This document shows, piece by piece, positions 20,597-28,671 of a stretch of DNA of 64,000 nucleotides (its first letter is position 1; each line of letters starts with the position of its first letter). The stretch comes from Planctomycetota bacterium (GTDB lineage Bacteria > Planctomycetota > PLA2 > JAEUHO01): NCBI GenBank assembly GCA_046350655.1, contig JAXMAB010000004.1, forward strand, positions 1,005,225 to 1,069,224, in the 5' to 3' direction. The translations under genes were made by a program, and so were the position numbers. Below the pieces are notes generated by a model. The model was given only the letters and a program-made list of their open reading frames with translations. It did not search any database and had not been told where the DNA came from.

Positions 20597-20839
20597 ACAG
20601 ACCTCCTGCGGGGAGAGGACCGGAGGCAACTCCGGTGCCGGGCCCTCATCCGGCCTTCATAACGACGGGGAGGGACGCGCCGGGCGCACCTCAAGTCGCC
20701 ATGGATCAAGGACTTACGTCGGCGCGCAACCGACCCGTTGCCGGTCGATTCCGCGACGTCGAGCGGGCGGGGTGCTGCGGAATTCGGACAAGTCCCCCGG
20801 CGCCGATGTCGCACCGCCGCGACACGGACCGTGCGGCCT

Positions 20840-21060
20840 CGCGGGGACCGCGTCCCCGGTCCCGGGACGCAAGGCCCGGCGGCCGGCGTGACCCGCCGAT
20901 CGACGGCCGGTTCCGCCATTCTGGGACCGGCACGAAATGGCGGAACCGACCCGCGGGACCGCGAGGCCCGGTCGCCGATCTCGCCCCCGTCGACGAACGG
21001 CATGGGCGGGGGGGGCGGCGCGGGCCACCGGGCCTCGCGGTCCTGGGAGGAACGCCGCGT
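20840..21060. repeat. composite intergenic repeat between the giant gene and its paralog: REP-like arms plus the unit CCGGTTCCGCCATTCTGGGACCGGCACGAAATGGCGGAACC
   Basis: GCGGCCTCGCGGGGACC, GGACCGCGAGGCCCGG and CCGGGCCTCGCGGTCC arms. The central hairpin has a 12-bp stem GGTTCCGCCATT/AATGGCGGAACC. Confidence 0.5.
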
Positions 21061-21081
21061 CGCCGTGCTCCCCGGGAAACG

Positions 21082-21110
21082 AAAAACGGCCGGCCCTCGC
21101 GGGCCGGCCG
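21082..21110 (-). terminator. intrinsic terminator of the 981-aa paralog gene
   Basis: On the minus strand, a 10-bp GC stem (CGGCCGGCCC gcga GGGCCGGCCG) is followed by TTTTT, shortly after the TAA stop. Adjacent is a perfect 20-bp palindrome GCGGCGCGCATGCGCGCCGC at 21121-21140. Confidence 0.6.
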
Positions 21111-21155
21111 TCCAGGAGGCGCGGCGCGCATGCGCGCCGCAACCGATGGGTTCGC

Positions 21156-24101
21156 TTACTTCTTGCCGCCCTTGTTGCCCGGCTTGCCCGGAGCGGTGCC
21201 GACGCCGTCGTTCACCGGCGGGTTGCCCGGGGGCTGGGGATCGAGGCCGTTGCCGACGCCGTTGTTGCCCTTCGGCTTGTCGTCGCACTTGTCCTTGGGC
21301 TTCTCGCACTTGGACTTGTCGTCGTCGCACTTGTCCTTGGGCTTCTCGCACTTGGACTTGTCGTCGTCGCAGCGGTCCTTGGGCTTGTCGCACTTGGACT
21401 TGTCGTCGTCGCAACGGTCCTTGGGCTTGTCGCACTTGGACTTGTCGTCGTCGCACTTGTCCTTGGGCTTGTCGCCCTTCGGCTTGTCGTCGCAGCGGTC
21501 CTTCGGCTCGTCGCACTTCGGCTTCGGATCGCACTTCGGCTTCGGGTCGCACTTCGGCGGCGGGGGCGGGCAGCAGGGCACCTTCACGATGCACGCCACC
21601 GGGCCGGCCTTGCCGTCGTTGTAGCCCTTCAGCACCAGGTAGACGATCCGGGCGCGCTCCTCGGCGAGGCCGCAGAGCCCGCCGCAGTTCTGCTCGAGCA
21701 GCGCCGCAGCCTCCTCAAGGGCGGCCGCGACCGTCTTCGGGGTGCAGGCCCCGCCGGCGGCGTTGAGCTTCGCGACGATCCACTGCTGGGCGAGGGCCAC
21801 CCACGCGTCGCACTTGGCGCTGGCCTTGAGGATCGACAGCCACGACTTGCCGCAGAGGACCTTGTCCTCGCCGCCGTCGACCGGCCACGCGATCTTCGTC
21901 GCCTCGCAGGTGCCGTACTTGTTGACCGTCTTCCACCAGGCCAGGCCCTTGACGCAGCCGTCCGTGCACGGCTTGTCCGGCCAGCACTCCCAGGCGAGGT
22001 ACGACTTCAGGAAGAAGTCGGGGACGTCATCGCACCAGAGCGGCTTCCAGTCGGCCGGGAACGTCCCGCCGATCTTGAGCGACTTGCAGGAGAACTCGCC
22101 GCAGGCCGCCTCGCCGACGCAGTTGACGACGACCGTCAGCTTCATCGTGCCGTCGAAGTAGCCCATCGGGAACCACGCCGGGTCGGCCGTGGCGCACACG
22201 AGGACCTTGGCGTAGCCGTCGACGACCTTGATGTCCTTGACCTTCAGGACGCCGTTGCGGCCGGTCTGCTCGCCGGGGAAGGCCCCGTCGTAGCCGAAGC
22301 AGGCGAGGTCCACCATCGGCGGGTCGCACTCGCAGCCCTTGTCGAGCCGGACGTAGACGTCGAAGGACGTCGTGGTCGGGTCGGCGAGCCACACGCTCGA
22401 CTCGAAGCACACCTCGTGGAGGCGGCCCGTCTCGCCGCAGTCGCAGGTCTTCTCGCAGTAGCCGATGTCGGCGTCCTTGAGGTTGACCGACGGGACGACC
22501 GTCTTCGACAGCGGCTGGACGATCGCCGACGTCATGTTCGGCACGTCCGAGTCGACCGAGATGTTGTACGTCCCGGCCGGGATCGGGTTGACCGAGTAGA
22601 AGCCGTTCGCGTCCGTCACGCGGAAGATCGGCGCCGCGGGGGCGTCGGTGCGCTGGATGCGGACCGTCAGGCCGGAGAGGGCCGGCTCGACGTCGGCCTC
22701 GTCGTCACCGTCGCAATTCAGGTCGCGGTAGACGCGGCCCTCGAGCGACTGCGTGAGCGGGTTGAACTCGACGTTCGCGCGGAGGAACCACGAGTTGCGC
22801 GCGTCGAGGTTGTGCATCCGCAGCGTCCAGAGGCCCGGGATGCCGTCGAGCGGCACCGGGATCTTCTCGAACGCGGCGCCGGTGTTGTCCTCCTGGGCCA
22901 CGTTGCCCGAGAGGTCGAGCAGCGTCACGCGGACCACGCCGTTCGGGTCCACGAGCTCGAGCCACGGGCTGCCCGCGTCGCTCGGCTGGGCCGCGAACGG
23001 GAGGCGGTAGCCGGAGTTGTCGTGCGCGATGCCGCGCTGGTCGACGTAGGCGCGGCCGTCGTCCGGCGGGATGCCGGCGTTGCTCGGGCTGGGCATGCCC
23101 TCGGGGCTGATGCCCGAGAGGTCGTCCACGTCGTCGGCGTCACCCTCCTCGAGGATGAGGTTCTCGACGAAGTTCACCCAGCTCTGGCCGGGGCTCGGGA
23201 CGAGGCGGATGCCGAGCTCGAAGTCGCCCTTGTACTTGTTCACGAACGGGTCGGGGCTCGGGAACCGGACGGCCGGGAGCGCGGCGGCCGGGCCGTTCAG
23301 GATCGAGTTCAGGTTCGCGCTGGGCTCGAGCACGTCCGGGTAGTGGTCGCGCGAGACCGAGTACTCGTCCCCGTTCACCGGCGAGCCGGGGAACTTGAAG
23401 AGCATGTTGCGCGAGTCGACGACGCCGCCGATGAACCCGCCGGTCAGCAGCTGGCCGACCTGGACGGGGATCAGGCCGAAGGGCGCGTTGATCGCGACCT
23501 TGTAGCCGTTGATCGGGGCGATGTTGCTGCCCGACGGCGTCGGCTGGCGGTACTTCACCAGCAGGCGGTAGACGTGGCGGCCGTCCGGGAGCAGCGCGTT
23601 CGGGTGGTGCGGGCCGTCGTAGAGGAACTGCCAGCGGCCGTCCACGGCGTACGTGAAGATCGCCGCGCCCGGACGGGGCGCCGCGCTCTCCGAGTCGGCG
23701 ATGGCGACCACCGTCTCCGGGGCCGTCGGCGACGCGGTGACGAGGTCGTACTCGACGACCGAGCCGTCCGGCACCGGGTTGCCGTTCGCGTCGTTGTCGA
23801 TCTTGTTCTGGTCCCAGAGGCCGCCCGCGTTGCCGTCGAAGATGGCGACGCGGAGCGAGGTGCTCTCGGCCGGGGCCGCGATCCCGAAGACGTTCGGGCC
23901 GGTCACCGAGCTCGAGCCGACCGCGATGAGGTCCAGGAACACGCCGCTGTGCGTGTCCTTGTCCGGGAGGGCGAGGAACTCCGAGCCGGCGACCAGCTCG
24001 TCGTTGTCGAAAGGCTCGGCGGCGAAGGCCGGCGCCGTCAAGAAGCACGCCGCGGCCGAGAGGCCGAGCAGCGCGCGCGAGAACCACGTCATGCGACCCA
24101 T
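21156..24101 (-). CDS. 981-aa secreted paralog of the giant protein (shared N-terminal module and Cys-rich C-terminal module; no SdrD-B array; K/D/C-rich tandem-repeat tail)
   Basis: Signal peptide MGRMTWFSRALLGLSAAACFLTAPAFAAEPFDNDELVAG. Aligns residue-by-residue with the giant protein N-terminus (AAEPFDNDELVAG.., PINGYKV.., SVSRDHYPDVLEP.., LEEGDADDVDD.., NLDARNSWFLR..) and with its C-terminal module (HEVCFESSVWLADP.., WCDDVPDF.., DAWVALAQ.., CGGLCGLAEERA..). Confidence 0.85.
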   Translation of the reverse strand: MGRMTWFSRALLGLSAAACFLTAPAFAAEPFDNDELVAGSEFLALPDKDTHSGVFLDLIAVGSSSVTGPNVFGIAAPAESTSLRVAIFDGNAGGLWDQNKIDNDANGNPVPDGSVVEYDLVTASPTAPETVVAIADSESAAPRPGAAIFTYAVDGRWQFLYDGPHHPNALLPDGRHVYRLLVKYRQPTPSGSNIAPINGYKVAINAPFGLIPVQVGQLLTGGFIGGVVDSRNMLFKFPGSPVNGDEYSVSRDHYPDVLEPSANLNSILNGPAAALPAVRFPSPDPFVNKYKGDFELGIRLVPSPGQSWVNFVENLILEEGDADDVDDLSGISPEGMPSPSNAGIPPDDGRAYVDQRGIAHDNSGYRLPFAAQPSDAGSPWLELVDPNGVVRVTLLDLSGNVAQEDNTGAAFEKIPVPLDGIPGLWTLRMHNLDARNSWFLRANVEFNPLTQSLEGRVYRDLNCDGDDEADVEPALSGLTVRIQRTDAPAAPIFRVTDANGFYSVNPIPAGTYNISVDSDVPNMTSAIVQPLSKTVVPSVNLKDADIGYCEKTCDCGETGRLHEVCFESSVWLADPTTTSFDVYVRLDKGCECDPPMVDLACFGYDGAFPGEQTGRNGVLKVKDIKVVDGYAKVLVCATADPAWFPMGYFDGTMKLTVVVNCVGEAACGEFSCKSLKIGGTFPADWKPLWCDDVPDFFLKSYLAWECWPDKPCTDGCVKGLAWWKTVNKYGTCEATKIAWPVDGGEDKVLCGKSWLSILKASAKCDAWVALAQQWIVAKLNAAGGACTPKTVAAALEEAAALLEQNCGGLCGLAEERARIVYLVLKGYNDGKAGPVACIVKVPCCPPPPPKCDPKPKCDPKPKCDEPKDRCDDKPKGDKPKDKCDDDKSKCDKPKDRCDDDKSKCDKPKDRCDDDKSKCEKPKDKCDDDKSKCEKPKDKCDDKPKGNNGVGNGLDPQPPGNPPVNDGVGTAPGKPGNKGGKK

Positions 24102-24382
24102 GTGCTTTGCAATCCCTTCCTGGGGAGGGGGACCGGCGTCGGCCGGTCGGACGCGGGACAGTAGCAGAATCCGAGCCGAATGCGGTCCCAGGGTGGATTG
24201 TTTCGTAACTATTTTTCCAGTAACGAGTTACGAGTTTTGGCGTCGTGGGGGGGCGGACGGCCGCCGTTCATCGCGCGCGACGGACGTTCATTTCGCACGA
24301 CATCCCCCTCGCCGCCCGGGATTCCTCCCACCGCGGGCCGCTCTGCCTACAGAATCCCCCCGTCCCCCAGGGGGACCTCCCC

Positions 24383-25493
<1,111 letters not shown>

Positions 25494-25534
25494 CGACGGC
25501 GCCCCCGCCCGCTCGGGGCGCGGTCAGGGGGTCG

Positions 25535-25800
25535 AGGACCGCGAGGCCCGGCCTGCCGGGCGACCAAACGCGCCAAACGGTGTCCGGCACCGGATGGCGG
25601 GATTGACCTCGATGGGCGGATACGAGCGGTTGCGGTCGCCGGCGGGGGACCGCGACGCCCGGCGGCCGTCGCGTCCCAACGCGCCAGATGGTGTCCGGCA
25701 CCCAATGGCGCGAATGGCGCCGGGGACGGCCTGCCGGGCGACCAAACGCGCCAAACGGTGTCCGGCACCGGATGGCGGGATTGCCCCCGGCCGGCGGGCC
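25535..25800. repeat. intergenic repeat cluster between prfB and purH: REP-like arms plus three variant hairpin units of the GACCGGCAC family (..CCAAACGCGCCAAACGGTGTCCGGCACCGGATGGCGGGATTG.. duplicated, ..CCAACGCGCCAGATGGTGTCCGGCACCCAATGGCGCGAATGGCGCC..)
   Basis: Direct duplication of a ~45-nt unit at 25573 and 25740. Conserved CCGGCAC core and ATGGCG(G) arm. Confidence 0.5.
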
Positions 25801-25884
25801 TCGCGTCCCCCGGAAGCACGACCGCGGCCCGGTCCCGCGCCGCGCCTCCCGCCGCGCGGGGGCCCGCGCTACGCTCTCCGCCCC

Positions 25885-27471
25885 ATGCCCCCGACCCCCG
25901 TCCGCCGCGCCCTCCTCTCCGTCCACGACAAGACGGGCCTCGTCGACTTCGCGTCGGCGCTCGTCGCGCGCGGCGTCGAGCTCCTCTCGACCGGCGGGAC
26001 CGCCAAGGCCCTCCGCGCGGCGGGCCTCGCGGTCAAGGACGTGTCCGACGAGACCGGGTTCCCCGAGATGCTCGACGGCCGGGTGAAGACGCTCCACCCC
26101 CGCGTCCACGGCGCGCTCCTCGGCCTCCGCGACGACGACAAGCACCGCGCGCAGATGGCCGAGCACGGCATCGGCGCGATCGACCTGCTGGTCGTCAACC
26201 TCTACCCGTTCGAGGCCACGGTGATGAAGCCGCGGGTGACCCTCGAGGAGGCGATCGAGCAGATCGACATCGGCGGGCCCGCGATGCTGCGGAGCGCGGC
26301 GAAGAACCACCGGAGCGTCGGCGTCGTCACCGACCCGTCGCAGTACGCGACGGTGCTCGAGGACCTGAAGGCCAACGGCGGCGCGCTGTCCGAGGAGCTC
26401 AAGGCGCAGCTGGCGCGGGTCGTGTTCGCGCGGACGAGCGCGTACGACGCCGCGATCCACCAGTTCCTCGCGGGCCGCGGCCTCGACCCGATGCCGCTCG
26501 CGCTCGGCAGCGCGTGGCGCGCGACGACCCTCCGCTACGGCGAGAACCCGCACCAGGCGGCCGCGCTCTACGTCGACCCCCGCGCCCCGCGCGGCTCGCT
26601 GGCGAAGGCCCTCTTCCGCAACGGCAAGGAGCTCTCGTTCAACAACTACCTCGACGCCGACGCGGCGTGGGGGCTCGCGCGCGGCCTCGAGGCGCCCGCG
26701 GCGGTCGTCGTGAAGCACAACAACCCGTGCGGCGTCGCGACGGCGGCCGACCCGGCGGCGGCCTTCGAGGCCGCGCTCGCGTGCGACCCGCGCAGCGCGT
26801 TCGGCGGCATCGTCGCGTTCAACCGCCCGCTCACCGAGGCGCTGGCCCGGCGGCTGGCCTCGGGCGACACGTTCCTCGAGGTCGTCGTGGCGCCCGGCGT
26901 CGAGGCGGCGGCGGTGCAGGCCCTCGTCGAGGGGCCGCGGTGGGGGAAGAACCTCCGCATCCTCGACGTCGAGACGACGACGCCGACCCCGTTCGGCTTC
27001 GACGTCCGCGCCATCGACGGCGGGCTCCTCGTGCAGCAGCGCGACACCGAGCTCGTCGACCCGAAGGGCGTCGAGGTCGCGACGAAGCGCGCGCCGACGG
27101 AGGCCGAGAAGGCCGCGCTGTTCTTCGCCTACCGCGTCGTCCAGCACGTGCGCAGCAACGCGATCGTCGTCGGCGTCGGCACGCAGGCCGTGGGCGTCGG
27201 CGCGGGCCAGATGAGCCGCGTCGAGGCGACCGAGCTGGCGATCCACCGCGCGAAGCGCTGGGCCGCGGAGGGCGCCCGCTCGCTCGACGGGGCGGTGCTC
27301 GCGTCGGACGCGTTCTTCCCGTTCAACGACGCGCTCGAGACGGCGATCTCCGCCGGGGTGCGCGCGGTGATCCAGCCCGGCGGCAGCAAGAACGACGAGG
27401 CCGCCGTCGCGCTCTGCAACGCGCACGGCGTCGCGATGATCCTCGCGGGCCATCGCCACTTCCGCCACTGA
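25885..27471 (+). CDS. purH: bifunctional AICAR transformylase / IMP cyclohydrolase
   Basis: 528 aa from M98 of track ORF 25594..27471: MPPTPVRRALLSVHDKTGLVDFA.., DLLVVNLYPF, MLRSAAKNH, a C-terminal AICARFT domain. Confidence 0.9.
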   Translation: MPPTPVRRALLSVHDKTGLVDFASALVARGVELLSTGGTAKALRAAGLAVKDVSDETGFPEMLDGRVKTLHPRVHGALLGLRDDDKHRAQMAEHGIGAIDLLVVNLYPFEATVMKPRVTLEEAIEQIDIGGPAMLRSAAKNHRSVGVVTDPSQYATVLEDLKANGGALSEELKAQLARVVFARTSAYDAAIHQFLAGRGLDPMPLALGSAWRATTLRYGENPHQAAALYVDPRAPRGSLAKALFRNGKELSFNNYLDADAAWGLARGLEAPAAVVVKHNNPCGVATAADPAAAFEAALACDPRSAFGGIVAFNRPLTEALARRLASGDTFLEVVVAPGVEAAAVQALVEGPRWGKNLRILDVETTTPTPFGFDVRAIDGGLLVQQRDTELVDPKGVEVATKRAPTEAEKAALFFAYRVVQHVRSNAIVVGVGTQAVGVGAGQMSRVEATELAIHRAKRWAAEGARSLDGAVLASDAFFPFNDALETAISAGVRAVIQPGGSKNDEAAVALCNAHGVAMILAGHRHFRH

Positions 27472-27637
27472 CGGGCCCTTCCGGCACGGGCGAGCGCTCC
27501 CGGCGCGGACGGCGCCTTTCGGCACGGCCACGCCCACACAGCGGCCGGCGGAGCGCACCGCCCCGCCCCGTGCGCCGCCGGCGGTGCGACGGCACCCGCC
27601 CGTCGAGCCCCCGGCGCCCGGCCCCGTCCCGTCCTAT

Positions 27638-27652
27638 TTAGACACTGTCTAA
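27638..27652. promoter_or_regulatory. AT-rich perfect palindrome TTAGACACTGTCTAA 44 nt upstream of dps (candidate operator)
   Basis: 7-bp arms around one central base, the only AT-rich stretch in a GC-rich intergenic region. Further upstream is the direct repeat CCTT(C/T)CGGCACGG x2 at 27478 and 27524, and a GCCCCtgacGGGGC hairpin at 27662-27676. Confidence 0.35.
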
Positions 27653-27695
27653 AGAAAGCGCCGACGGCCCCTGACGGGGGCGTAGCATCCTGTCC

Positions 27696-28178
27696 ATGCA
27701 CCCCACCCGCAACGACCTCCCCGCCGCCACCCGCGAGAAGACCGTCAAGCTGCTCAACGGGCGCCTTGCCGACGCGCTCGACCTCTACCACCAGGCCAAA
27801 CAGGCCCACTGGAACGTGAAGGGCCCCAACTTCCAGGCGCTCCACGCGTTCTTCGACGAGCTCTCGGCCCACGCGCTCGCGCACGCCGACGAGCTCGCCG
27901 AACGAGCGGTGGCGCTCGGCGGCATCGCCGAGGGCCGCACCCCGCAGGTCGCGAAGGCCTCGACGATCCCCGGTTTCCCGGCCTCGGCCGTCTCCGGCCC
28001 CGAGCACCTGAAGGCCGTGATCGCGGGCCTCGCGACCTTCGCCGAGGCCTGCCGCAAGGCCATCGACACCACCGACGGGTGGGGCGACGCCGTCACGGCC
28101 GACCTCCTCACCGGCATCGTCGCTGCGGTGGACAAGGACCTGTGGATGGCCGAGGCGAACCTCCAGGCGAAGGCCTGA
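27696..28178 (+). CDS. dps: Dps (DNA-binding ferritin-like protein)
   Basis: 160 aa. QAKQAHWNVKGPNFQALHAFFDE ferroxidase-site motifs, about 40% identical in character to Dps-family proteins. Confidence 0.85.
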   Translation: MHPTRNDLPAATREKTVKLLNGRLADALDLYHQAKQAHWNVKGPNFQALHAFFDELSAHALAHADELAERAVALGGIAEGRTPQVAKASTIPGFPASAVSGPEHLKAVIAGLATFAEACRKAIDTTDGWGDAVTADLLTGIVAAVDKDLWMAEANLQAKA

Positions 28179-28234
28179 CCGACGCCCCGGACCCGCCGCG
28201 TGGCGGGCGTTCGCCCCGGGATCCGAGGCTCGCG

Positions 28235-28273
28235 GGGACGCGAGGCCCGCCGTGCGCCGGGCCTCGCGGTCCC
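28235..28273. repeat. REP-like palindrome GGGACGCGAGGCCCG ccgtgcg CCGGGCCTCGCGGTCCC downstream of dps
   Basis: Inverted arms seen directly, in the position of a 3-prime hairpin. Confidence 0.6.
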
Positions 28274-28671
28274 TCGCCGGGGGGGCCGCGATCGCGGGAT
28301 TCGGGAGTGCGGGAGCGGTGGGGGCGTCGTCGGCGGGGCGGTCCTCGTCGGGTTGCGGCGCTGCGGGGAAGGCCGCTCGCGCCCTCCTCTTCTTCCTCGC
28401 GCGAGCGCGGCCGCGGTCACGCGGATTTCCCCGCGTCGGTAGCCGGGGGTGCCCCCGGTCTCGCGACGATCCCGACGGTTTCCTTCGGTCGCCGGGGGGG
28501 GCGTGATAGCGTCGAGACCTTCCAGGTGCCCCTCGCGCGGCCCCGGGATCGCCCCGCTGCTACGGATCCGAGTGCTTCAGCTCGGGGGTGATCGGCCGGC
28601 CCCCGCGCGAGGTTCCCCTGGCTTGCGACCGGGTCGTAGGCCCCTCGCGCCACGTAACGGAACCCATTCGA

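Noticed and set aside
20937-24164. 1,075-aa plus-strand ORF antisense to the 981-aa paralog; also 20422..21594 and 20738..21766 ORFs across the intergenic repeats
   Set aside because: Same reasoning. They run through REP-like repeats and terminator hairpins, have an Arg/Ala/Gly-rich junk translation and no start context.
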